A program made the position numbers and the translations under genes. A model generated the notes under the pieces. It had not been told where the DNA came from. It did no database searches and saw only the letters and a program-made list of their open reading frames with translations. A stretch of 64,000 nucleotides of DNA. Origin: an uncultured Candidatus Rokubacteria bacterium (lineage in GTDB: Bacteria > Methylomirabilota > Methylomirabilia > Rokubacteriales > DASRDR01). The stretch lies in the NCBI GenBank assembly GCA_963708025.1, contig CAVPSB010000023.1, positions 1 through 64,000 on the forward strand. Reading direction: 5' to 3'. Positions 39,668 through 51,048 of this stretch are shown one piece after another (position 1 is the first letter of the stretch; each line of letters begins with the position of its first letter).

Positions 39668-40141
39668 ATGACCCGAACGCCGATGACCAAGCAAGGCTTC
39701 GAGCGGCTGCAGCAGGAGCTGGAGCAGCTCAAGCGCGAGGAGCGTCCGCGCATCATCAAGGCGATCGCCGAGGCCCGGGCTCACGGTGATCTGTCGGAGA
39801 ACGCGGAATACCATGCCGCCAAGGAGCGCCAGGGCTTCATCGAGGGCCGGATCCGTGATCTCGAGACCAAGGTCGGCGCGGCCGAGGTCATCGAGCCCCC
39901 CCGGGACGGGGATCGCATCACCTTCGGCTCGACCGTCCTGCTGAAGGGCCCCGACGGCAAGGAGATCCGCTACCAGATCGTCGGCTCCGACGAGTCCGAG
40001 CCCGCAACGGGCCGGATCTCGGTCCTGTCGCCGCTGGCGCGCACGCTGATCGGGAAGGAAGCGGGCGACGAGGTGAAGGTCCAGGCTCCCGGCGGCGCGA
40101 AGACGTACGAGGTCCTCGCGGTCAACTTCGTCTGGACCTGA
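39668..40141 (+). CDS. greA: Transcription elongation factor GreA
   Basis: [32 protein letters not shown] motifs. Confidence 0.95.
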   Translation: MTRTPMTKQGFERLQQELEQLKREERPRIIKAIAEARAHGDLSENAEYHAAKERQGFIEGRIRDLETKVGAAEVIEPPRDGDRITFGSTVLLKGPDGKEIRYQIVGSDESEPATGRISVLSPLARTLIGKEAGDEVKVQAPGGAKTYEVLAVNFVWT

Positions 40142-40317
40142 GCCGGCCGGCTGTTCCCTCCCGAGTCACTTCCGTCAGCTCTCGAACGGCCGGTGCGTTT
40201 CGCCGGCGCAACATCGCGGCGCTAAAGCCCTGAAAACCTGTCCATCGGGCCACCTGGCCCCAGTCCTGCTGCCTCAGGGCCGAGGGCTCGGAGTCCTCCC
40301 GGCCTCCAGATCCGACG

Positions 40318-40788
40318 ATGACCCTGCGAAACCCGCTTCGAACGGGCTCGACCCTGGTGGTGGCGGCGCTCGTCGCCGGCTGCGCGCTCGAGCCCCTTCC
40401 GCCGGTCGACTCGGTCCGGGCGTGGCACGACGAGACCACTCGCTTGCGGGCTCGACCGGCGCCGGTCACCACGGCGCCGGCCCCGCGCGTCGAGCTCGCG
40501 TCCTGGTACGGGGAATGGCACCACGGGCTGCCGACGGCGAGCGGTGAGCCCTACGACATGGAGGCCCTTACCGCGGCCCATCGCTCGCTTCCCCTCGGAA
40601 CGTGCGTCGAGGTGATCCACCTCGGAAACGGCCGGCGGGTCCTCGTGCGGGTCAACGATCGCGGCCCCTACGTGCCGGGACGGACCATCGACCTCTCGCA
40701 CCGCGCGGCCGAGGAGCTGGGGATGGTGGACGAGGGGCTGGCCCACGTTCGGATCCGTCGGGCGAAGGCCGAGGGCTGCGAGACCTGA
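40318..40788 (+). CDS. rlpA: RlpA-family lytic transglycosylase lipoprotein
   Basis: VAGC lipobox; ASWYG, TASGE, TAAHRSLP, VNDRGP, IDLS motifs. Confidence 0.9.
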   Translation: MTLRNPLRTGSTLVVAALVAGCALEPLPPVDSVRAWHDETTRLRARPAPVTTAPAPRVELASWYGEWHHGLPTASGEPYDMEALTAAHRSLPLGTCVEVIHLGNGRRVLVRVNDRGPYVPGRTIDLSHRAAEELGMVDEGLAHVRIRRAKAEGCET

Positions 40789-40808
40789 AAAAGGGGCGCG
40801 GCGCCGCG

Positions 40809-41936
40809 CTACGTGCGCAGGGCGTCGCGCAGCTCGCGGGCGAGGGTCTCCACGGTTCCGCGCGTGCCGCCGGCGAGCTTCTGGCGCCACTCCGACTCGG
40901 TCTCGAAGCGGCGGTCGCCGAGGCGCTCGGCCCACGGCCGGAGCGCGTCCCGGATCGCGCGCAGATCGTACGGGTCGCCGCGTAGCTCGCGGGCTCGCGC
41001 CATCACGTCCGGGGCCACCCGGACGAAGGCCCGGAGGGCGGTGCCCGTCTTGATCGAGTACTTCCGCCCAGCCCAGGCGTTCGGAAACGTCTGGGCGATC
41101 GCCTTGACGTAGTTCAGGAAGAAGCGGCGGCCCGAGTCCCGGAGCTCCTTGGCGCGGCCGCGGCCGCCCATCTTCTCCACGGTCTCGATCAGGTCCACGA
41201 TCTCCTCGGCCAGCGGCGCCTGGGCGACCTTCCCCCGGCCGATGCCGAGCATCTTGATCTCGCCCTGGAGCGGGGAGGTCTCGTCCACGTTGAGGGCCCG
41301 GATGATGTCGTGGGCGAGGGCCTGGTTCTCGTCGGGATAGAGCTTCCGGCCGGCGAGGCTGACCAGGTGCGACGGGTTCAGCCGCGTGTGCTTGGCGTTG
41401 ATCGTCACGAACAGCTCGACGATCTGTTGCGCATCGAGGCTGTCGAAGACGACGGCCGGGACGTCGAGACCGGCCAGGGTGCCCTCGGCGGCGAGGGCAT
41501 GGAGGGCCAGGAGCCGGTGCTGCCCGTCGAGGACCCGCAGGACGCCGGGCTCCTCGGGAATCTCCAGGGTCCCCAGGTTGCCGTGCTGGCCGACCGGCTT
41601 GAAGGTCAGGCGCTTGTCGGCGGTCATGATCACGGCGCCGGCGATGGCGGGCAGCTTTCCCGCCTCACGACAGTCCGTGAAGTAGGCGACCAGCTCCTCG
41701 ATCTTCCGCCGGATCACCGGACGCTGGTAGGCCTCGGAGCTCTCGCCGATCCGACTCTCCAGGACGTCCCAGTTCACGCGCGTGCGCGCCGGACGCTTGG
41801 TGGGGCCCGGCTCGGGGACGCCCCCGTAGCCCAGCACCTCGAACTTGACCAGGCGATCGATCTCGCGGGCAGGGAACGACGCCTGGTAGAACTCGACGCC
41901 ATACTGCTTGATCCGGTGGGCGGCGACGGTGATCAC
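40809..41936 (-). CDS. DGQHR-domain (DndB-like) protein
   Basis: YQR, VLDGQHRL and LFVTIN motifs; TTGACA-N17-TAGAGT promoter upstream. Confidence 0.85.
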   Translation of the reverse strand: MITVAAHRIKQYGVEFYQASFPAREIDRLVKFEVLGYGGVPEPGPTKRPARTRVNWDVLESRIGESSEAYQRPVIRRKIEELVAYFTDCREAGKLPAIAGAVIMTADKRLTFKPVGQHGNLGTLEIPEEPGVLRVLDGQHRLLALHALAAEGTLAGLDVPAVVFDSLDAQQIVELFVTINAKHTRLNPSHLVSLAGRKLYPDENQALAHDIIRALNVDETSPLQGEIKMLGIGRGKVAQAPLAEEIVDLIETVEKMGGRGRAKELRDSGRRFFLNYVKAIAQTFPNAWAGRKYSIKTGTALRAFVRVAPDVMARARELRGDPYDLRAIRDALRPWAERLGDRRFETESEWRQKLAGGTRGTVETLARELRDALRT

Positions 41937-42074
41937 GGCACGTCTCGTGCCTCACTCTAGCCGACGGGTCCGGGGGTGTCAACGATCTCGGAGGGTAACC
42001 CTGACTTATGAGTGACCGCGCGGCGCGACGGTGCGGCGCCCGCGCCTTGACAGGCCAGGGGCCGGGACCCGAAC

Positions 42075-42386
42075 ATGGCGGCCATGGCGCGGGTCCGGAT
42101 CACCTGCTGGCGGGACATTCCCGTGCTGGTCACCGCGCGCGACGAGGTCGGGGAGGTCACCGTCGCGCTCGGCCCGCGCTTCCAGGAGCTGGTGGACGCG
42201 GTGGCCATGCAGACCGGCCTCTCCGACTCCGAGGAGTACCTGGGCGCCTGGGAGACCCGTTCCGAGGAAGAGCGAGCGGGGCCGGCGGGGGAGGCAGCGC
42301 GGGCCGTCGCGGCCGAGCTGGAGGAGGGCTTCGCCGAGATCCGGGCGCGGCATCTCCGCCCGGGTGGCCCCTTCGACGCCCACTGA
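42075..42386 (+). CDS. Small conserved protein ('virulence factor' domain-like)
   Basis: WRDIP..V, RFQELVDAVAM, YLGAW motifs. Confidence 0.7.
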   Translation: MAAMARVRITCWRDIPVLVTARDEVGEVTVALGPRFQELVDAVAMQTGLSDSEEYLGAWETRSEEERAGPAGEAARAVAAELEEGFAEIRARHLRPGGPFDAH

Positions 42387-42457
42387 CGGGCGGGGCCGAT
42401 GAGACCACCCTGGGTCGAGCCCGGGCGGTCCCTGGGCTACGGGGTTCCTGCTCGCCC

Positions 42458-43915
42458 CTACTTCTTCTCCAGCAGGATCGACTGCGGGAGCGTCCCCGGC
42501 CGGTCAACCCACGCCGTCGCCTCGAACACCCCGCGCCCCAGGCCCGACACGTCGATCACGACGCCGAAGAGGCCGGCGGTGCCCTTGTTGCCCGGGAGGC
42601 GGGGCACGATCCACGTCAAGCGGCGCCCGTCCTTCGCGCAGCGGCCGAGGCCCTCGGCGCCGAGCCAGCAGTGGCTGAGCGGCGCCCGCTCGGGGATTTC
42701 AAGGCCTACCTCGATGGGGCCGACGACGGAGGGCCCGTGGTTGCGGACGGCGAAGCGATAGGTCGCGGTCTGGCCGTCGAGCGTCCCCTCGGCCAGCACG
42801 TCGAACGCCGGCACGGCGACGGTGACGTGGTCGGCGTCGCGGGCCTGCCAGCGCTTGAGGTAGCTCATCGTCGCGATCCCGAACCAGTGGGGGTCGGAGA
42901 GATAGAGCCCGCCGGAATGCCGGCCCTGGTCGAGCACGAGGGTGCGGACGTACGGGTGGTCGCGCACCGCGTCCCGGTAGGTCAGATTGAACGATCCTCC
43001 GTCATGCCGCCCCGCCTTGACGTTGGCGCGCCAGAAGAAGTCGTCGAGCGTGTGGAACATGAGGAGCGGCGCCTTGACCTTTGGGATGTCGGCGTCGGCC
43101 AGCGCCCGCGCCTGCAGAGTCGTGATGTCCACCCCGTACCATCGGGCGGCGCGCTCGAAGTACTCGTACTCCGACGGGGCGCCCAGGAAGCTCGCGATGT
43201 ACCGGTCCCAGTCCGTGGGCGCCTGACCCGGCTCGGGCCGCGTGGGGGGCGAGGCGAGGCCGAGGGGCGCGGTGACCCCAATGCCCGCCGCGATCCGCTC
43301 CCCGCCGTCCCGGGCCATCGCCTTGACCAGGCTGCGACCGCCGTTGCTGAAGCCGATCACCGCGACGGACGTCGCCTGGCTCGTCTCCCGCGGGTAGCGC
43401 ACCGCGCCGAGGATGTCGTCCGCCTCCTTCCATCCGAGCGAGATCGGGGCCGCGGAGAGCGTGCGACTCTCGCCCTGGCCCCGGACGTCGATCGCCAGCA
43501 CGTGCCAGCCGTTCCGGACGAGGAGCTCCGCCACTTCCACCATGAACTTCAGGTTCCGGATCTGGGTCAGTCCGGGAACCAGGACCACGCCGGGTCGCGG
43601 CTTGCCGTCCCGGAACACCGCCAGCGAGCCGGCCAGGGGCGTCCCGTCGAGCGCCTGGAAGCGGGTCGTGCCGAACATGGAGGGATAGGCCTTCACCTGA
43701 GTGTGGGCCGCCGTCACGCCGAGGTGGTTCGGATCCTGGGGCAGCCGCCGGATGAACTCGACGATGTCGCCGGTCGCGGCGGCCGCGATGGGGAGCCACT
43801 CCCGGGGCCTCTCCTCCGGGACGCTGCCGGCGTGGCCGGGCGCGGTCAGGATGAGGGCCAGGGCGACGATCAGGACGGTCAGGACGACGAAGTGGCGCCG
43901 GCTGACAGCGGGCAT
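42458..43915 (-). CDS. Secreted alpha/beta hydrolase with C-terminal Ig-like domain
   Basis: AGGAGG SD; Tat-like SRRHF signal; DVRGQGES and GFSNGG nucleophile elbow. Confidence 0.75.
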   Translation of the reverse strand: MPAVSRRHFVVLTVLIVALALILTAPGHAGSVPEERPREWLPIAAAATGDIVEFIRRLPQDPNHLGVTAAHTQVKAYPSMFGTTRFQALDGTPLAGSLAVFRDGKPRPGVVLVPGLTQIRNLKFMVEVAELLVRNGWHVLAIDVRGQGESRTLSAAPISLGWKEADDILGAVRYPRETSQATSVAVIGFSNGGRSLVKAMARDGGERIAAGIGVTAPLGLASPPTRPEPGQAPTDWDRYIASFLGAPSEYEYFERAARWYGVDITTLQARALADADIPKVKAPLLMFHTLDDFFWRANVKAGRHDGGSFNLTYRDAVRDHPYVRTLVLDQGRHSGGLYLSDPHWFGIATMSYLKRWQARDADHVTVAVPAFDVLAEGTLDGQTATYRFAVRNHGPSVVGPIEVGLEIPERAPLSHCWLGAEGLGRCAKDGRRLTWIVPRLPGNKGTAGLFGVVIDVSGLGRGVFEATAWVDRPGTLPQSILLEKK

Positions 43916-44115
43916 GGTGCGCCTCCTGGTGAACGTCGGGAGAGCGGAGGGTTGTCCAGCGGAGCGGGCTGGGGGCATGAGCCTCCCGGGCTGGACGGCG
44001 ACTTCCGGTCACTCTAGTCGAGGGGCGGAGGCCTGTCAATGACGCGGACGTGACGGCCGGCAGCCCGTGGGCGCTGCGCGCTCTTCGGCTCCGCCCGCCG
44101 GAGTCCCCGGGCGGT

Positions 44116-45251
44116 CTAGAACTTGACCTCCAGCAGGGTGTTGAGCTCGTGGCCGCCGAAGTCCTCGGTTCCGGGGGGCGTCGAGCCCGTAGCCGTAGCC
44201 GAGGATCAGCGTGATGCGGTCGGTGAACTCGATGGTCAGGTCCACTCCCAGTCCACGCAGGCCCTGGCGCGGCAGGGCGTGGCCCTCCAGGTAGTCGACC
44301 TGCGCGTAGTCCCAGGAGAGCTGGAGGCGGACCCGCTCGCTGCCCGGCCAGAGCGGGAAGCGGTAGGCGAGGTTCAGGAGCCAGAAGCGCTCGGCGAAGA
44401 TCTCGTCCACGTAGTAGCCGTGGAGGAGCAGGGGGAACTCCCGGCGAAAGGGCAGTGCGCTTCCCAGGCGGAAGGCCGAGAGACGGTCCGGGTGGCGGGC
44501 TCGTCCCGCCGGTGAGGAACGCGCGCACCGTCTGCGTCCGGGTGATCGAGTAGACCCCGCCCAGCCGCCCCCACAGCTGCTGCGTGTGGGGCTCGGTCGC
44601 CACCGGCGCGTCCCGGAACCCGTACGGCTCCGCGTCCTGCCGGTAGCCGATCTCGTACCAGAGCGACAGCCTCCAGCGGCCAGGTCCGGCAGGAGCTCGG
44701 GCGGCTCGCCGCCCACCCGGACGCCGACCCGCCCGGTGTAGATCGGCGTGTCGGCCGGCAGCCGGAACCGGGAGGCGGTGCTGCTCGACCTGTCGTAGAC
44801 GACGTACTGGGGCCGGAACCGGAGCTGGCCCTCGATCGGGAGCAGGTCGGCGATCTCGATCCGGCGGTAGTAGCTCAGGGCCAGCTCCCCGCCGTGCCCG
44901 TAGAACGACTCGCGGTCCTTGTGGTCGCCCCCGCGGAACTCCTCGACGTTGTACGGGAAGAAGCCTCCGCCGAGACCGAGGCCGAGCGCGTGACCGTCGG
45001 CTGGCCAGCGATCGCGGACCAGCTCGCCGCTGAGGTAGGTCGGGGCGAAGACGATCCGGAGGTAGAGGTCCTCGCTCGAGGACGTGCGGTCGGTTCCAGA
45101 GCAGGAAGGCGTAGCCGGAGGAGTTTCCGTCGCCGCGCAGGGGACCCTCGACGCCGAGCTCGAGGTAGGTGCGCGGCTCGGGATCGATCTGGGCGCCGGC
45201 CTCGCCGGCGGAGCCGACGAGGCGCGCCACGAGGGCGGTGAGGAGGAGCAT
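44116..45251 (-). pseudogene. Probable outer-membrane beta-barrel protein broken by several frameshifts
   Basis: Signal peptide; amphipathic beta-strand segments across frames (LGYGYGLDAPR); C-terminal ...EVKF. Confidence 0.55.
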
Positions 45252-45307
45252 CCGGCCGCGCCTCCGGCAGCCGACCCTGGGTGGCGGCTGCCGGAGGTCG
45301 GCCGTCG

Positions 45308-47113
<1,806 letters not shown>

Positions 47114-47196
47114 GATATCTCAGTGTATCAGATGCCGCCCGGAAGGCCGCGCTGGCGGGATGGTAGAATGGGCCGCGTCACCAGGGGAGGACTCGG

Positions 47197-47721
47197 ATGA
47201 GACTCGTGCGCTGGCTTCTGCTCGTGGCGTTCGTGACCGCGCTGCCGGCCCCGCCGGCGGGCGCCCAGGGGAAGGCGATGCATCCGACCGCGGTGATCGT
47301 GATGGAGAAGGGCGGGGAGATCCGGATCGAGCTGTACCCTGAGGACGCGCCCAAGACGGTAGAGAGCTTCATCACGCTCTCGAAGAAGGGCTTCTACGAC
47401 GGCCTGACGTTCCACCGGGTGGAGCCGGGCTTCGTCGCCCAGGGCGGTGACCCGAAGGGTGACGGGACGGGCGGCCCCGGGTACACGCTAAAGGCCGAGT
47501 TCAACCAGCGGAAGCACGTGCGGGGGACGGTGGCCATGGCCCGCTCCGCCAGCCCGGATTCGGCGGGGAGCCAGTTCTACATCTGCTTCGCTCCGGCGTC
47601 ACACCTCGACGGCAAGTACACGGTGTTCGGGCAGGTCGTGAAGGGAATGGAGGTCGTCGATCAGATCAAGCGCGGTGACCGGATGAAGTCGATCCGCATC
47701 GAGGAGCCCCCCAAGCAGTAA
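47197..47721 (+). CDS. ppiA: Cyclophilin-type peptidyl-prolyl isomerase (exported)
   Basis: FYDGLTFHRV, QGGDP, SAGSQFYI, LDGKYTVFGQV motifs. Confidence 0.9.
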   Translation: MRLVRWLLLVAFVTALPAPPAGAQGKAMHPTAVIVMEKGGEIRIELYPEDAPKTVESFITLSKKGFYDGLTFHRVEPGFVAQGGDPKGDGTGGPGYTLKAEFNQRKHVRGTVAMARSASPDSAGSQFYICFAPASHLDGKYTVFGQVVKGMEVVDQIKRGDRMKSIRIEEPPKQ

Positions 47722-47746
47722 CCCGGCCGCCGTCCGCTCCCTGGGC

Positions 47747-48241
47747 GTGTCCACCATCCCGGAGTACCGGGCGCTCCCACGGGAGCCGCGGCTGGTCCGG
47801 CTGGCCCGAACCCTGGAAGCCCTGCCCGCGGCCCTCTCGGGCCGGAGCGTCGCCAGCGTCGGGCGGCGCCCGGCGCCCGGGGCCTGGGCCGCGATCGAGA
47901 TCCTCTGTCACCTGCGAGATGTCGAAGAGTCCTTCATGGATCGCCTCCAGCAGATCCTGCTCATGGACGAGCCGGGGTTTCCCCGGACCAGCCCGGATCG
48001 CTGGGCCGAGGAGCGCCAGTATCGGCGCCAGGACGCGGCGGCGGCCCTGGTCGCGTTCGAGCGGCGGCGCGGCGAGAGCCTGGCGCTGTTCGCGCGGCTG
48101 ACGCCGCTCGAGTGGGAGCGGGCGGGAGTCCAGCTCGACTCCCGCGGCCGCCGGACCCTGGATGACTTCCTCGCCGTCATGGCCTGGCACGACGAGAATC
48201 ACCTGGATCAGCTCCGCCGGGCCCTCGACGGCCGGCCCTGA
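47747..48241 (+). CDS. DinB-family protein
   Basis: WAAIEILCHLRDVE and WHDENHLDQL His motifs. Confidence 0.82.
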   Translation: MSTIPEYRALPREPRLVRLARTLEALPAALSGRSVASVGRRPAPGAWAAIEILCHLRDVEESFMDRLQQILLMDEPGFPRTSPDRWAEERQYRRQDAAAALVAFERRRGESLALFARLTPLEWERAGVQLDSRGRRTLDDFLAVMAWHDENHLDQLRRALDGRP

Positions 48242-48287
48242 CCGCCACCGACCCCCGGGAACAGTCTGCCGGACCGGATCCGGTGCT

Positions 48288-48331
48288 TTGATGATCTTCC
48301 CGAATCATGGTAGGTTCTTCCCGAATCTTCC
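48288..48331 (+). promoter_or_regulatory. Promoter overlapped by direct-repeat operator
   Basis: TTGATG-N17-TAGGTT; TCTTCCCGAATC at 48295 and 48316 (21-bp period). Confidence 0.65.
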
Positions 48332-49273
48332 ATGGAACGCCGCCTGCTGACGGTCCAGGAGGCCGCACGCTACCTCCGGCTGAACCCCCGGTCAGTCTAT
48401 CTCCTCGCCCAGCGGGGGGCCATCCCGGCGACGCGGGTCACCGGCAAGTGGCTCTTTCCCGAGCACTTGCTGGACGAGTGGCTCGAGGCCCACGCGCGTC
48501 CGGGGGACCGCCCGGCGGCGCCGGCCCGGGCCGCCCGAGCCGCGGCATCACCGCCGGCGACTCTCTTCGCGGCGGGCAGCGACGATCCGGCGCTCGAGCT
48601 GCTCCTGGACGCCTTCAACGCGGGTATCCGGGGGGCGGAGGGGCCGCTCCTGTTCACCGCGACCGTCGGCAGCACGGCGGGCCTCCGCGCCCTCGGCGAG
48701 GGGCGCGCGGACCTGGCGTGGGCCCACCTCGTCGACGCCGACTCCGGGGAGTACAACCTGCCGCACCTGCCGCGGTACCTCGGCGGGCGTCCGGCGGCGC
48801 TGGTCAACCTCTTCCATCGCGACCTCGGTCTCCTCGTGTGGACCGGCAACCCGCGGAGGCTCGGCGGCGTGGCCGAGATCGCCCGGCCCGGGCTCCGGTT
48901 CGTCAACCGCCAGGCGGGCTCCGGGACCCGCCACTTCGTGGACACCGCGCTGGGCCGAGCCGGCGTGAGCCCGGCGGCCGTCGGCGGGTACGGGGACGAG
49001 GTCTCGACCCACTGGGCGGTCGGGCTGCGGGTCCTGCGCGGCGAGGCGGACGTGGGGGTCGCCACCCGCTCCGTCGCCCACGCGCTCAGCCTGGGCTTCG
49101 TCCTGCTGACCCGGGAGCGGTTCGACATGGTCATCCCCAAGGATCTCTTCTTCCGACCGGTCGTGCAGGCCCTGGTGGAGGCCGTCCGCTCCGATCGGTT
49201 TCGCCGCCGCCTCGCCGGGCTCGGCGGCTACGATGCGCGCGAGGCCGGCCGGGTCCTCGCGGAGGTCTCGTGA
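48332..49273 (+). CDS. Excisionase-like HTH plus PBP (oxyanion-binding) transcriptional regulator
   Basis: LLTVQEAARYL..IPATRVTGKWLF; GSDDP, GSTAGL, FVNRQAGSGTR motifs. Confidence 0.85.
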   Translation: MERRLLTVQEAARYLRLNPRSVYLLAQRGAIPATRVTGKWLFPEHLLDEWLEAHARPGDRPAAPARAARAAASPPATLFAAGSDDPALELLLDAFNAGIRGAEGPLLFTATVGSTAGLRALGEGRADLAWAHLVDADSGEYNLPHLPRYLGGRPAALVNLFHRDLGLLVWTGNPRRLGGVAEIARPGLRFVNRQAGSGTRHFVDTALGRAGVSPAAVGGYGDEVSTHWAVGLRVLRGEADVGVATRSVAHALSLGFVLLTRERFDMVIPKDLFFRPVVQALVEAVRSDRFRRRLAGLGGYDAREAGRVLAEVS

Positions 49274-49298
49274 GGGCGTGTGACCCCAGGAGGCCACC

Positions 49299-50201
49299 AT
49301 GAAGCGACCCGGTGTGAGGCCACAGCCTGACCGCCGTGCGAACGGCCGGCCGGCACGATGGCTGGGCGGACTGCTCGCGATCCTGCTGGTGGCGGGGGCG
49401 GTCGCGCCGGCCGCCGGCCAGTCCAAGGTCGTGATCGTGTCGACGACCACGAGCACGCAGGACTCCGGCTTGCTCGACGTCCTGGTGCCGATGTTCGAGA
49501 AGCAGACCGGCTATTCCGTCAAGACGGTGGCGGTCGGCACCGGCCAGGCGCTCGCCCTGGCCGCCCGGGGGGAAGCCGACGTCACCCTCGCTCACGCGCC
49601 GGGCCTCGAGAAGAAGTACGTCCAGGACGGGAAGATGCTCAACCGCCGGCTCGTCATGTACAACGACTTCGTGATCGTCGGGCCGCCCGGGGATCCGGCG
49701 GGGATCAAGGGCACGAAGGCCGCGGTCGAGGCGCTCCGGCGCATCGGCGACACCCGGGCACGCTTCGTCTCGCGCGGGGACAACTCCGGCACGCACAACC
49801 TGGAGCAGGCCCTGTGGAAGCAAGCCGGCCTGGCGTCGAAGGGCGACTGGTACATCGAGTCCGGCCAGGGCATGGGCGCCACCCTGACCATCGCGAACGA
49901 CCGGCAAGCCTACACGCTCACCGACCGGGCGACGCTCCTGGCTTTCGCCAAGCGGGTCAGCTTGCCGATCATGGTGGAAGGGGACCGGCCGTTGCTGAAC
50001 GTCTACTCCGTGATGGAGGTGAACCCGGCCAACGGCCCGCGGGTGAACACGGCCGCGGGGAAGGCCTTCGCCGACTTCATGGTCGCCCCGGAGACCCAGG
50101 CCGTCATCCGGACCTTCGGCGTCGAGAAGTACGGCCAGCCGCTCTTCGTCCCGATCGCCGGGAAGAGTGAGGACGAGATCGGCGGTGAGCCGGGAGTGTG
50201 A
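49299..50201 (+). CDS. tupA: Tungstate ABC transporter substrate-binding protein
   Basis: STTTSTQDSGLL, GTGQAL, FVSRGDNSGTH, SGQGMG, TLTDRAT motifs. Confidence 0.92.
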   Translation: MKRPGVRPQPDRRANGRPARWLGGLLAILLVAGAVAPAAGQSKVVIVSTTTSTQDSGLLDVLVPMFEKQTGYSVKTVAVGTGQALALAARGEADVTLAHAPGLEKKYVQDGKMLNRRLVMYNDFVIVGPPGDPAGIKGTKAAVEALRRIGDTRARFVSRGDNSGTHNLEQALWKQAGLASKGDWYIESGQGMGATLTIANDRQAYTLTDRATLLAFAKRVSLPIMVEGDRPLLNVYSVMEVNPANGPRVNTAAGKAFADFMVAPETQAVIRTFGVEKYGQPLFVPIAGKSEDEIGGEPGV

Positions 50202-50338
50202 CGGCATCGTGCCCCTCCGGGGTTGGGGGCTTCCGGCTCCCCCCTCCCCCGGCCACAGGCCGAAGGCCGTCCATCGGTGGGGGAGGGGGGCCAGAGGCCG
50301 AAGGCCGTTGACGAATCGGGTGGGCGGGAGGTCCCGAA
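50195..50338 (+). repeat. Family A repeat (long form)
   Basis: GTGTGA left end includes the tupA stop; GGGAGG right end is 8 nt before the tupB ATG. Confidence 0.8.
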
Positions 50339-50339
50339 G

Positions 50340-51036
50340 ATGGACCTGATCGGCGAAGGCCTCGTCCGGGCGCTCCGCCTGGTCCTGGGCGGCGACCCCG
50401 AGGTGCTCGGGGTGACCTGGCTCTCGCTCCGGCTCTCGGGCGCCGCCACGCTCCTCTCGCTCGTCGTCGGCCTGCCGCTCGGCACCGCTCCTGGCCCTCG
50501 TGCGCTTCCCGGGCCGCGGGCTCGTGGTCTCGCTCGTCAACACCGGCATGGGGCTGCCCCCGGTGGTGGTCGGACTGTTCATCTCGGTCCTCCTCTGGCG
50601 GAGCGGGCCCCTCGGGTTCCTCGAGCTGCTCTACACGCCCACGGCGATCGTCCTCGCCCAGTTCGTCATCGCGGTGCCCATCGTCACCGGGCTCACCCTG
50701 GCGGCGGTCCAGCAGATCCCCGAGCGCTTTCGGTTGCAGATGCTGGCGCTGGGGGCCTCGCGGGTCCAGCTGGTCTGGGTCCTGATCCGGGAGGCGCGGC
50801 TGCCCATGCTGGCCGCCCTCATGGCGGGCTTCGGCGCGGTCATCTCCGAGGTCGGCGCCTCCCTGATGGTCGGCGGCAACATCCGGGGCCAGACCCGTGT
50901 CCTGACCACGGCCACCGTTCTCGAGACCGGCAAGGGGAACTTCGACGTCGCCATCGCGCTCTCGGTTATCCTGTTGGGGGTGACCTTCCTGGTGAACTGG
51001 GCGCTCACGTGGATCCAGCAGCGGCGCGGCGCCTGA
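50340..51036 (+). CDS. tupB: Tungstate ABC transporter permease; one extra base near 50489
   Basis: GLPPVVVGL, ISEVGA..MVGGNIRGQTRVLTTA motifs. Confidence 0.88.
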
Positions 51037-51048
51037 CGGAGGTGTGAC

